A stretch of DNA of 63,054 nucleotides, filler included, from Sphacelaria rigidula (Eukaryota): assembly GCA_964200075.2 (NCBI GenBank). It is 9 parts of 9 records of this genome, joined end to end, with 100 filler letters (N's around TTAATTAATTAA, not from the genome) between each part and the next. Parts side by side here need not be neighbours in the genome. Positions count along the whole stretch, not along the records: positions 7,019 to 13,936 come from CAXNAA020017410.1; positions 14,037 to 20,953 come from CAXNAA020017411.1; positions 21,054 to 27,970 come from CAXNAA020017412.1; 6 more parts are not named here. One strand, written 5' to 3'. Under the pieces are notes generated by a model, which was given only the letters and a program-made list of their open reading frames with translations, was not told the origin of the DNA and did no database searches. Below are positions 11,515 to 23,776 of the stretch, piece after piece. The translations under genes and the position numbers were made by a program. Within the stretch, counting starts at the first letter, position 1. Each line of letters starts with the position of its first letter.

Positions 11515-13936
11515 ACCCTTTTTTGTTCTACTGTTGACCCTTTTCTGTGAAGTGTTGACCCCTTTCTGTGGAGTGTTGACACTTTTTTGTAAAGTGGTGA
11601 CCGTACCGCCGTCTCAGCACAAGTCACGCCGAGCAGTCGCAACCGTAGCCATTTTCGGTAAAATTACACACCCACCAAAAATGGCCAAAACCCAACGACC
11701 AGAACAGTGTAGCCCCCCTGTTGGTTGGCCCGAAGACCCGGAAGATCCAACGATGCATACAGGTCGCTTGTGTGCCGGAGCTCACAAAGATCCAACGAAC
11801 ATGAGGGAACATCTTGCCGACACACCAGCCCGAGCGGCATCATGCCGCGACAAAATCAGGCCGTTGCCGGATCTGCAATTTGCGGCTCGGACGCAGAGAT
11901 GTGGACACCGACCGGATTCCGGATTGGAGGAAGGACGCCTGGATCCGACGGCGTAGGGTGTACAATCGGGTATTTTCCTCTGGTCATTGCCGTTGGCTGC
12001 ACCCACGAGACCACCACTCGGAATACTCTAAGCTGTGAAACTGGCGCACCGCCCAATGATTTCACATGCTCTGGAAAAAAGAGCGTTTTGTGCTGTGATG
12101 AAACGGCTGTTCTGAAACCCAGATATAGCATCGTTCATCTGACCGCTTGTGAGGGGCGTCTGTGTTGTAAGAGTCAAACTTGTGCCTATGGTACATTCAC
12201 TAGGCTTGGTCCTGCATAGATGCATCTAGAATGCGCACAGCGTGAACCGGGTTCTAAAATACAAAATACATGAACGACGGTATAGTCGACGTTTGACCGT
12301 GTACACGACGCGGCACAGCGTGCGATCACTCTTCTCCCTCACTCGGCTTCATTCTGTGCACGTCTATTACCCTTCCATAATGTATCATCAATCAGAGCCC
12401 GTGAATCTCCTTTCCTGTGGGGGTGGGCCGAGGTGAACAACTTGCTGTTTGATGAATGATCGGCGCCGTCTTCCAGCATAGCACCATTTGTGGGGGGCAT
12501 TGTCATTGTTCCGCGGCGGTGTAGCGTGTTGACCTTCGCTGCTGTGGATAATCACTCAGTTTTCTGTACGTGTTGCTTGGGTCGTGGTCCGTCGGTCGCG
12601 AGCGCTGTTCTGGAAGAGACATGGGTGCAACGGCAACGATTAGAGGAAGACACCCGATTGTACAGTCTACGCCGTTGGATTCAGGCGTTCTTCCTCCAAT
12701 CCGGAATCCGGTCGGCGTCCACATCTCTGTGTCCGAGCCGCAAATTGCAAATCCGGCACTGGCCTGATGTTGTCGCCGCATGATGCCGCTCGGGCTGGTG
12801 TGTCGGCAAGATGTTCACCCATGTTCGTTGGATCTTTGTGAGCTCCGGGACACGAGCGACCCGTATGCATCATTGGATCTTCCGGGTCTTCGGGCCAACC
12901 AACAGGGGGGCTAGCTACACTGTTCTGGTCGTTGGGTTTCGCCCTTTTTCTGTTGGGTGTGTAATTTTACCGAAAGTGGCTATGGTTGCGACTGCTCGGC
13001 GTATCTTGTGCTGAGGCCGTGTCTCATCAAATTTTCTTCGACTCGAACGGGTTGGTGCGGCGGAACTGATTCAGTTCGCTTTGCTATGTTTGAGTCCGAG
13101 CGATTTTGCACGCTTTGAAACGAAGAGGCTTAGCGAAATTCGTGAAGCGGTACTTCCTTACTTATTTTCAATGGATAGTACAGTGCAGACAGTACAGACT
13201 GTACAACAATAGTGGCGACGTGTACTGTTGTGTAGATAGTGTGTTTGTTTCGTACAGCATGCAGGCGCGATGTGGAAAAGAAGCGGGCAACGCGACGTAC
13301 AGACAGCACAGCTTTCTGACTCTCTGCATACAGGAGGATGCAAAGCAGATTTGAACCACGTGCAGTTTTGCAACGCCTCTACTGTCCATCAGCGCGTTGG
13401 CAATTCGATCGCCCACCTCAACACGCAACTCCGTCGGTGGACCCTGCCACAAAATTAGATGCCCAAGTTTTCGCCAACAAAAAGAAACACATTATGCCAA
13501 AAGTGTGGTGGTGTCGGTTTCCCATCACTGCTGTGTATGTATCCCTATGCTCAGTTCGTGATCTATACGGCAGGGTTGAGTAGGGTAGCTGCGAATGAAC
13601 CATTTGAGTTTTGCGTAATTCTGCGAAAGGGTAGTAGCTGGCATGGTTGTCTGCAACGTGGGAGATACGTGCCCTTTCGTTTATTCCACCGCTCGTTTCG
13701 CTCGAAAAAGCTGAGCTTTTCTGGTTTTGCCCCTGCCCGTCGCGCGGAACTAATTATAAAATGGACTTGAAGCCATCTGAGAACATTAATGTCATGGACG
13801 TATCTGGCACGGCCTCGTAGCGAGCAATTTGATTCAACCGCATGTTTTCGAGTCGATTTTTTTTTTTAAGACACGGCTAGAGACGGCGGTACGGTCACCA
13901 CTTCACTAAACAGGATCAACAATAAAAAAAAAAAGG
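11515..13936. mobile_element. Outer TIR element whose left arm is interrupted by the 11617-13011 element; right end runs to the scaffold end
   Basis: AAGTGGTGACCGTACCGCCGTCTC (~11592-11615) is the reverse complement of GAGACGGCGGTACGGTCACCACTT (~13880-13903). Homology resumes after the insert (GCCGTGTCT, TCGACTCGAA). The left arm carries tandem GTGTTGACCC.TT.TGT units. Confidence 0.7.
11617..13011. mobile_element. Non-autonomous element with ~390-bp inverted arms (11617-12005 / 12622-13011), probably PIF/Harbinger-like
   Basis: The arms are highly similar reverse complements (GCACAAG...GCACCCA). Flanks are TCA and TGA, a 3-bp TNA TSD with one change. The reconstructed empty site matches the length of the outer element's other arm. 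Confidence 0.85.
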
Positions 13937-14176
13937 NNNNNNNNNNNNNNNNNNNNNNNNNNNNNNNNNNNNNNNNNNNNTTAATTAATTAANNNNNNNN
14001 NNNNNNNNNNNNNNNNNNNNNNNNNNNNNNNNNNNNTTTTGTGTAGGGGTTGGCCGGAAATTTAAAAATTCGTTTTGACCCCGCGACGGCGGTTGCCCCC
14101 CCCCCCCCCGTTCGTTCCCATTGAATACCTATGCTCTCCGTGCCATCTAAGTCATCGTTCCAACAAACCCCTGTAC

Positions 14177-14742
14177 CTATCAGCGCCGCCCACGCGAATG
14201 AAACACGATGATGGCGACGCTATTTCTTCCGCCACTGAATGCGCGCCCGGAGAGCGGAATTTGGCGCCGTACGTGTCTTGTCCGTTGCCGGGACTGAGTT
14301 CATAAAGACCATCGGGTGTTGCAACAAGTTTGTCCCCAAAGGGGGGTGCTATGACGATGGCTTCCGGTAGAAGTTGTGAAGACTGTGGTTGGTGCTTTTG
14401 CTGCAGCAACAGTTGCTGCTGTTGCTGCTGTTGCTGACTGCAGTCGGTAGATCTTCGCAGGGTCTTCGGAGATCTGTCGCCAGGTCGGGCATTGCGTCCT
14501 CCGGAAAACGCCGAGCTTGGTTTTTCTGAGAAAGCACGTCCTGAACTCATAGGGCTGCTATTATAGCTGAATCTAGGGATAGGATGCAACGCCGATGAAT
14601 GAATAAATGGGAGCAACAGAGCAGGTAGCGAGTGACCAAGAAGGCTGAGGGTTGGGGTAACAGTTGTAGTTGACACGGACACACGAGTAGTTCTACATTT
14701 CGATACCGTACCTCCAGCTGACGACGTCAAGCTAAGGTCCAC
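14177..14742 (-). CDS. Probable exon(s) of an unknown Ser/Gln-rich protein; boundaries uncertain and the span may include an intron
   Basis: TCTCCCCAG acceptor at 14743-14751, a 196-aa open frame with a poly-Q tract (SQQQQQQQQLLLQQKHQPQ), and an AG|GTAC donor at 14176. No recognisable domain. Confidence 0.4.
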
Positions 14743-17388
14743 CTGGGGAGATACAGTCCATAGTGTAGAACGGTTTGATCACCGACCCTCGAGATGGTTT
14801 TTATACGTGATAGCATGGCCTACTACGCTAGTATATCACATCACAACAGGTTACAAAGGAACGTGTGGAGATGGATCTTGGAGCCGCACGCTGCAATCAG
14901 AGTACACAGGTGGAATTGAGGATGCTCGTCACGTAAACGCTTCTATGATCAGATGGCGGCGATGCAGTGCTGATTTTCGTACTGAACCTTTCGCCTAGGG
15001 CAATGTTATGGCCACCGCATATGAGTTTGGTGCTCGAAAGGTCAAACTTCACCTTACGCCTCCCGTGGTGGACACCGGCGCCATCTCATCCCCTTCTATC
15101 CGTCCACCAGCACAGAATATAGTTTTGTTACCATCCTTCTGGAACATCGGGGTAGCAACACGTAGGAAACTGGCTCGTTATCGTACATGAGCGCATGGAC
15201 GCGATGAAATAGACCGAGGGTGCCACAGGTAGCGTTACTGCGATGTCAAATCAAAGCATCATTGGCGTGTTGTACGACTTTGTTATGGTAAGGTGTGGTA
15301 GTATCTACACGTTCATGTTAAGAGACCTCCAGCTACTCTGTACGATTTTGTCCTGCTGCCGAAGAACAACTGAATACCACACCAGACGCAACATCGTGCG
15401 CAGTTGATCCAGCGCGGCATGCGCAGCCCGATAGTTCGAGCAGTCCTACCATACATTCCTGCAGTGAAGTACGGTGAGCGTATAACAATAAAGCGGAGCT
15501 CACACGTCGGTGCACCATCTGCGTTTGCCGGTGCCATCAAGGGCACCCAAGTCAATGCAACAACCACAGATCCAGGTTCAAGATATATTTAACGCGTGGA
15601 CTAGAGCCAGATCATTGGCAAACACATAGCATAGTAAGCGCACCACAGTGCACTACACTTTAATTGCCAGTGCAGCGTACTACAGCTCGCGGTACCTGGA
15701 TGTGCTCCGCTTGATCGATCCTGCCCCATGCAAGATTGTTCCCGCCACACAACATATTGTGCACGTGTCAAAACCAAGATATCGTAGCTGCGGGGGACCG
15801 ATTGTACCCGCTAGCGATGACCGTAGCAGCCACGGTGCCCTACCGTGGCAAACCCACTCGCGTAGGAAACTAACCTGCTAGCTAAGTATAAAAACCTGCG
15901 AGGAGAGCCTTTGATAGGAAAAAATAACCACCGTCTACGAACACCAAAGTCACACGGTACACCACTGTATACTGTACGGCACAGCAGTGGAAAGTTCTTT
16001 TATCTCTCGTTTATGTAAAACTGATGCACCAAGTTAGTTACGCCGCGTTCTACGGAGATCGGCCATATTTTGCGGCGGGAATGACAACGTTTGAAATGAC
16101 CGCGCGGCGCTCTGTTGCAGAAGTACTGTAGCTGGCGAGCAGCAGCTAGCTCGCAACTTGGCGCTGCCTACTGCATCTATCACACCGTGCGATACGCCAG
16201 TGCCTATCTTCCGAGGATCATCTGACCGGAACATCCCGATCCTCATATTTTCGAGGGAAAACGCTAGCAATCGATTTGTCGGTTGACACGTCCTCCAGTG
16301 TCCCGTGGCTTGTGCTGAGTGAACAACCAAGTTCTTCGACGTTGTTCTCCGCTACTTGTTACAGTGAGCACGCTCAAGGTAACGGTGGTGGTGAACTGAC
16401 ATGTGGAGCTACAAATATACAAGTGCGAAATCTTTGTTCGCAGATCAATGCAGGGTAGGCGTAAGGTTTGAGGCTGCGGCACCTGCGGCGCGGCTCGTGG
16501 ATATTTTCTCCGCCGCGTCACAGGAGCAGGTACGCTGCGCTGTATCGAACATGCATTATCGCTTAAGCGCGAAGAGACTTGTTGAGCTTTCGTACGGGCA
16601 AACTGCACCCCAAAGCATTGATGCCTCTCAGATAAAGCTACGACCAGGAGCACTCTTAAGTTATTCTTCGTTTTCTTTGAAAATCATCAGAGGTGCAAGT
16701 GCTACTTCTTCGATGCGGGTACCGAGAAGTTCGTGGGAGGCCTCTTCAAAGCCCTCCTCGCAAGGCCGGATCGGGACAGGAAAGGATTTTTTATTGGGCT
16801 CGCGTTTCCGCCCGACTTTCCGTTTCATCGGTCCGCACAAGCCACTGCACAGCGTGTGTCTGCGTTTGTGTCGGGTGCGTGCACTGTACAATGGCTTTTC
16901 AAATTGTGGTGATAAATCCATGTTTCGCACAGGGTACTGTTCATCATAATAGAGCCGCATGCCTGCTCGCTACAGCTCGATATTGCCCTTCGCCAACAGC
17001 AAATATAATTTATTCGGGAGACGGCATGGACAAAAATTCGAGAATGGTCATTATCTACGTGATGACGTTTTATGAACACATGTGATACGATTCGATTACT
17101 GTCTGGCACCACAGAAGGGTGCTCCTACGGTACGGGTGCGCATATTTATTTGTTTATTTATTCATTCTTGGGGGGGGGGGGTCTGCACTTTGAGAGCCTG
17201 TCGATAACAAACATCTGGGCTCTAGCGTGCAGCCTCAGAAAGCTTTTGGACTCGTAAAAAGTGCACCCCTACCGTAGAATCCCTCAGAATCGGAAGTGCC
17301 AGGTAACCTGCGAGTGTTTGTCTACCAGGTTTCCCTGACAAGTCGATCCATCAAGTTCATGGTGATGATCACTTGGTTTTTAGGTTTG

Positions 17389-18984
17389 AACGACCGATCC
17401 TCAAAAATGGGGTGAAACACAAAAACAATGAGGTTCAAGTGGCATGACTAAATTGCAGGATTGATGTGAAACAGTTGCGCCAAGGGGAAGCACCTTTCCC
17501 CCGAAAGAATCTGTAGCAGTTAAGTAGGTGTGGCTGGGTGCACCGAACGAATGCAGTGTACACGCGCGTCGATGACGATACCACCGGAGGGGCAAGGGCG
17601 GAGAGGAAGCTCCTCGCCCGTGTCCTTTGTGTGTCCTCGTCCGACGATTCCCAATTGTGGGGCGATTGGCATCATGTTACCAGCACATACCCAGTTCACC
17701 ATTTGTCGACAGACGGGTTATTGCTGCACAGCCCCCCACAGAACGTCGAGGTTTCGAGGCGTGTCGTATCTTCTTGTCTGTGACGCTGACCAATGCAAAG
17801 AGCTGCGGGAGGGCGCCTTCCCCGCTTCCCGCCAGGTATTCAGAAAACAGAACTGTTAAATTTCACAACCATTGTCAATTTCGGCAGTACGGTGATTCTA
17901 CAGATAGTCAGTAGAGCGACGAAAGCTAGCTATGTCCGGGCTTGTCTGACATACTGCCGCCAACGCTGCTTGAAAGTTATTCTTAGGCAAAACCTTTGCG
18001 TTCGGCGGTTGATCGCGTGAGTCGCAAATGCAACGGCAAGTGGTTGATCATAGAGCACTCTTGTTCTTCATGAAACCACACATCTCGCCCCAGCTTGCAA
18101 TGACCGCCTCACATTGCCTCATACGGGAATTTTCGAATTTCCGGAAGATACGCACACCCACGCAGCCTGGTGAGCACCGGACCGGTTGTGCGTCAGAAGA
18201 GCTCAGGTTACAGGATGGTGACCCTCCTATGGGCCACGTCAGCAACGGTTAGGTCACCGCCAGAGGTATCGTTTTCCACTCCGCATGCCAAGAAGGTCTC
18301 CACGAGTGCTTGATCTCCCATACGTCGCCCCAATTGAGGTGTGGCACGCTCTTGTGTCCTTGCACGCACAGCTGCAGATGTCGGGCAAAATCAACGATGG
18401 CGACAACACCCCCCAAGTTGCGACTGGATGTATTTGCCGCAACCATCCTTGCTGCCTTGTGTGTGTCAGAGGATAGTAGCAATGACGGAATCATCGCCCT
18501 GCTTTTCGAGGACGTGTTCTGCAGCGCACAGAGGCGGGTCCTGTCCAAAAAGAGAGGCAGAGAGGAATCGGTCTTTGCATTGGTCAGCGTCACAGACAAG
18601 AAGATACGACACGCCTCGAAACCTCGACGCTCTTTGGGGGGCTGTGCAGCAATAACCCGTCTGTCGACAAATGGTGAACTGGGTATGTGCTGGTAACATG
18701 ATGCCAATCGCCCCACAATTGGGAATCGCGGGACGAGGACACACAAAGGACACGGGCGAGGAGCTTCCTCTCCGCCCTTGCTCCTCCGGTGGTATCGTCA
18801 TCGACGCGCGTGTACACCGCATTCGTTCGGTGCACCCAGCCGCACCTACTTAACTACTACAGATTCTTTGGGGGGAAAGGTGCTTCCCCTTGGCGCAACT
18901 GTTTCACATCAATCCTGCAATTTAGTCATGCCACTTGAACCTCATTGTTTTTGTGTTTCACCCCATTTTTGAGGATTGGTTGCT
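17389..18984. mobile_element. Non-autonomous element with ~405-bp near-identical inverted arms (17397-17801 / 18572-18976)
   Basis: ATCCTCAAAAATGGGGTGAAACAC...CAATGCAAAGA is mirrored at the right end with few mismatches. Possible degenerate 3-bp TSD TTG/TTA. The interior shares ~170 bp with 35300-35480. Confidence 0.85.
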
Positions 18985-20408
18985 TTAGGGTACCGTACTC
19001 CTGTGTGCCCTAGATTTCCGGTAATTGGGCGGTGCTACTGTAGGGTTGCACAAATATTTTCTGAGGTTTGAATTGTCAGGAACCTTTGCCTCATCCGAAG
19101 AAATGTTTATGAAGTAAGCACACCACTATGATCATTCGAGTGGGCTAGGGATATCCAAATGAATGTAACAACGGAAAATTCCTTATCCATGCTTTTGTGT
19201 AGCTCCTAACTATAGGAGCCCCTGAATGAAAAAGATCTGGGCCCAAGTGTGCAACCCCTACCGTGGCATAACTCATATGCAGCACCGAGAACCTCAGGTT
19301 ATCCCGGGTATCGACTTGAGAAAAAAATCCGAGCGTTTCGGGGGAACCGAAATGCTGAGAGTGGTTCTACGATACGAGTGCACAATTTTTTCAGAGGCTC
19401 TGCACTTTTAGAAGCCTTACGATGAAAACGTCTGGGCGTGAGTTTGCAGCCTCAGAACACTTTCGGACTAAAAAGTGCATCGCTATCGTAGAACCACGCC
19501 TGGGTCGTACTTGTATCGCGCCCCACGCTGAAACTTGGAGAGGTTGGTGTCCCCCGCCGAAAGGTTGATGTCCTCCTCCGCCGACGACGTGATGTACTCC
19601 TGATGATGTGACTTGTTTTACCTCAATGTCTCTGCTGTGGATTTCTATGCCCTCCCTGCCCCCTCTCTCCTTCCTTCCTCCAGAAGAGTAATGCTACGGT
19701 AGGGGTGCACTTTTTGCGCGAAATTTTGTCTGGTTCAGGAGCTCCTGAGAATTCTAAATGCACAAGAATATGGGTCAGGACATCACCATTTGCAAATTTA
19801 GTCGGGATATCCCCAGCACTTAGGTATAGTTATCCTGGCGCACTCTCGCATATTTTCATAAGTCGTGTTTTGGATGAGGTTGAGGGCTCCTGAGAACTTT
19901 AACCTGAGAAAATATTTGTGCACCCCTCCCTCCCATAGAATCACTCAAAATGTGAAGAGGCAGGGTGCCATAGCCAATCAGTTTCTGTTCAAAGCATGAT
20001 GCATCGGCCCAGACATGGGTAAGTACTGCCTTTCATCATTCCGCCTTACCGATATTGTCCGATCAATATCATTGTGATCATGTACGTCTAATATAGACGA
20101 GCGGTGAAGCTTTGTCTAACAAGATGTGTACGGCTCTTCGTCTTCCGTTGAGCTCTCTCGTGAGCTCGGGGGTGAGCAATTGCCTCGCGCCGTACACGCA
20201 GCTGGCGGCTGTGCCGCAAAAGCACCGATAGGCGATCTATATATTGACCGTCTATCGCATATTAGCTGCGTTAATATTCAATCTATGCGCTACAACTGAA
20301 GCCTGACAAAACACAGCCCATTAAAGAAGCGCCGTTTCCCTGTGCAATCATCATGAGGTCCCCCAGTCATCTCACAAAATAAAGTCCGATTTGGACCCTG
20401 AAATGCAG

Positions 20409-20588
20409 CTGTTGGGATCGGCAGTCTAGACATGTTGGTTGTACCGTGGCCTGTCCCTGTGCAAGCCGGAGGGTGCCGAGGCTCGTCTGAAGCCGAAAGG
20501 GGACAACGCCATCGGGACGGGTTGCTGTTTCTGAAGACGTGGAAGGCTTTGCAGAAACTCGTCGATGCTGGGGAGGTTCGGGCGCTCG
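20409..20588 (+). CDS. Exon of an aldo/keto-reductase-fold protein
   Basis: CAG|CT...CTC G|GTGCGT, 180 bp, phase 1-1, encodes AVGIGSLDMLVVPWPVP...LLFLKTWKALQKLVDAGEVRALG. This matches the AKR motifs LDLYLxHWP and TWxAMExLVxxGxVRAIG. Confidence 0.72.
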
Positions 20589-23500
20589 GTGCGTGTGCGT
20601 GTGCGGTTGCGTGTGTATTAATTTGTTGAGGACCACTTCAATCAACGCAGTCGATGATGCCTTCTCTATCGCAGTATTTGAGGTACCTAGCGGGGGTGCG
20701 ACTGGTGGTACGTCGTATTGTATGAACGCGAGCGCACTACGCGAATATAGTAACATTTTTTGTCCTTCTCCCCCTCTGCCTCCCTCTTCCTCTGTCTAAG
20801 TCCCCCCCACACACACACATGGTGAGACACCCATGGGGCAGTGCATAAGCCATGGCTTTCTCTGGAAATGGCGATACCAGAAAATAAAGCAACCCATTGT
20901 AGGCTGTCATCCAAATGCAAGATAATCAGTAGGCCTCGGGCTGAACAATCTTANNNNNNNNNNNNNNNNNNNNNNNNNNNNNNNNNNNNNNNNNNNNTTA
21001 ATTAATTAANNNNNNNNNNNNNNNNNNNNNNNNNNNNNNNNNNNNNNNNNNNNAGCCAATGTCGCCAATATGAGGCGCTTAATGCAGCCTAAACCCAAAC
21101 ATCAGGCGCTGTGTGGCCATTTTTCTCGTGACATTTTTTAGCTGGTTTTGAGGGGGGGCTATCGTAGAAAGTGTCAGCCTACGTGTCCGGAAAACACGTT
21201 CTGGACGAGGTGGGTCCACTGCTCACCTGCCCCAAACTATACTTTTTTTCAGAAGTTTATCAACGCAAAAATCGAGTGGTCATCCCTGTCAACTACTGTG
21301 TACGAACATTTCGTCAGGTCTACTGCTCTAAGGGTCAACGGGCCTCTTCTTATGCTAGAAGCCAACTTGTCGTGCAACAACTTAGAAGATGAATTTCGCG
21401 CCGGTCGAAAAACCACGTCACTCTCAATCCTATAGTCAACCCTCATTTTCACGAAAACATTGTATTGATTCAATGCAGAGGATAGTCACCCCATGGGTGT
21501 GAGGCCAACATTGCATACCAACCGCAGCGTGACGCGTTCGGAGGTACTACCAGCAGAGTGCAAGGTGACAAAGCACACCACCGGACGTGACATCCTCAGC
21601 CTACTCGTGTCCTGCATTGATTTCGCGTTGTCCTTTGCAGTTCGCTACATCATGCTTGCAGCCGCTTGTATCGCGGCCAAAGTCTACGCAGGATATCACG
21701 CCTCGCCACGCGCTAGATTGCCATACAGTGCAACGTCACATTTTGTAAAGCTGTCCATGTTGCAGCTACAGCGTGCGTTTGCCCCAAGTGACGCACGCAG
21801 GAGTGAAAGGCCGACTCCGCCGCTGTAATTGCCACCTGTATCTGTGTAACAGAGGGTCTGGTACGTGTTCACCTGTACACGTATGGCATGTTACTTGGTG
21901 ATACCGAGAAGTAACCCGCAACGTCTGGGTGAACTGCAGGTGAGGCGGCAGCCGAAGTATTAACCTGCAAACTGTGCTCCACTGCACTGTAATTTGATGT
22001 CGCTAGAAGAACACCATCATGACCACCTCGCCGGCTGCGAGACTGTCACAGACTGTCAGGGCGTAGGATCCGCTAGCGTTGCTACTGTGGGTACGGGGGT
22101 GTTGCCCCCTTGTCAGGTACGTTTTGGAGCATCATTTTAGATGAAGATCATCCTTCCTTGTGCATGGACACCAAACGTTTGGGGACCTCACTCAAAACTT
22201 CGATTTGGAGGATGATACAGGGTAGGTAGCAACAACTGTTGTGTGTCCAGGTGCCCCTTGGAGCAGGATGCGTTTGGGGTCTGTTTGACGAAGTTATCCC
22301 CCAAAATACGAAATCAATAGGGGTTTTAGAGAGCAATAATCTAGCAAAAAATCGCAAGAATCGGGTCGCAAAAACGGAGTCTCAAAAAACCGGGGAGACC
22401 AATTTTTACTCGTTGTGAAATTGGAGTATGCGGAGTATGCCGATCACGACACTCGAGTATCTTGGAGATAAGTACTCCGGTAACTCTCTCGTCCAAATTA
22501 GCTCGTGCCACGAACTCTGACGAATCTCAGGGTAAGATAAACCTGTTCAAAAACATGGAGCGAAATATCGCCGAAATCACTTGATGACCTCGTCTGTAAG
22601 ATCAGCCTGTGGTCACATGTTCGGCCCACGACCCACCACCACATATGCTAGCTCCGGCCACGAGCGGTGGTGAGTTACGCATGCCAGGTCAAGGGGCCTG
22701 ATGAGAGCATCGGGGAGAAATACCGATGCAACGGATACGAGGGGACTTGGCTCACTATACCCAGACAGGCGCCAACCGTTGAACACACCGAGGGGCAGAA
22801 GGTATCCTGTAGGTTACTCGACGGGACAGCTCACGCCGGAGGGACATATTTCATATCCAGGCGAGTCTACAGAGACATGTCAGAAGAAACACGCCTCCGA
22901 GTTTCTCGCCCCGCGCATTTGCAAAGAGACAGAAAAGAAACTTGTTGGGTTGGACTTTAGGATGGTAAGTCAGTCATCTCCCTTCTGTATTTTTTTCCAA
23001 TATGAGAGCCACCTCAATGTGCTGTGTTGTCCAGGCCCGGCTTGCTGGCCCCAAGGCCTGTGGTGTGACCTGCCCGTAGCTGATGCGACGCCGAAAGTCC
23101 GGGCGAAGAGTTACCCCATTTAGAGTTGCGTTGCCGTCTCGACAACTACTACCACCACTGCTGAAGACATGGAAGGCAGCAGAACCCGAATCTGGACCGC
23201 ATACAGTCCAAAACCTCAAGTCAGCGGAGAGTGCAGGCATCACTCATCACGAATACGAGACTCATTTCGTGACTGGTCTGCAGACCAATGCGTGCGTCGT
23301 CTATTCCATTCAAGTGGTACATGCTTACATGCGTACGTCATTGGAGACGATTATGCACACGAAGTATCACACGAGGCGCTATTTTAACCACTAAAAAAAC
23401 ATCACACTAACTCGCCCTGCAGCTCAGCTGTAGGCAGTGAGGCATGCCTGAGAGCACAAGGAAGCAGAATCTATTCATCAATCCACCAGTCACTCGATCG

Positions 23501-23627
23501 AAGATAGTTCGCCAACTCCATCGCGTGAGCAACCAGGTATACTTTGATCAGTGGCTTTCAACAATCCAAGTCGATCTGAAGTTCAAGTGCTACTGTGTTG
23601 CTAACCCCCATCAATATTGGGAGAAAA

Positions 23628-23776
23628 TTAAGATTCAAGCTTCTTCGCCATCCTCTCCACCTTACGCTCGGCCGCATTGAGCTTGTGCTCGAAGCCGCTC
23701 ATCGTCACGATAGCCTCTGCCCAGACGCAAAACTTGAAGGTCGCAAGATCCTCCACGGTTTTGACGTTTAGCTCGC
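23628..23776 (-). CDS. Last exon of a conserved small hypothetical protein (HhH-like, bacterial-type domain)
   Basis: CTCTCAG|GC GAG CTA... encodes (G)ELNVKTVEDLATFKFCVWAEAIVTMSGFEHKLNAAERKVERMAKKLES*. Phase 1 joins the 26546-26642 exon exactly. Confidence 0.85.

Noticed and set aside
11534..13014. Paired ORFs (e.g. 11534-11956 + and 12667-12873 -) as duplicated genes
   Set aside because: They are translations of the two inverted arms of one element, with no domain similarity and indels between arms. The same applies to 17530-17859 / 18466-18822.
11608..13020. 5-bp TSD GCCGT around the long-arm element
   Set aside because: The outer element's intact arm already contains both GCCGT copies. 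The empty-site reconstruction fits a 3-bp TSD instead.
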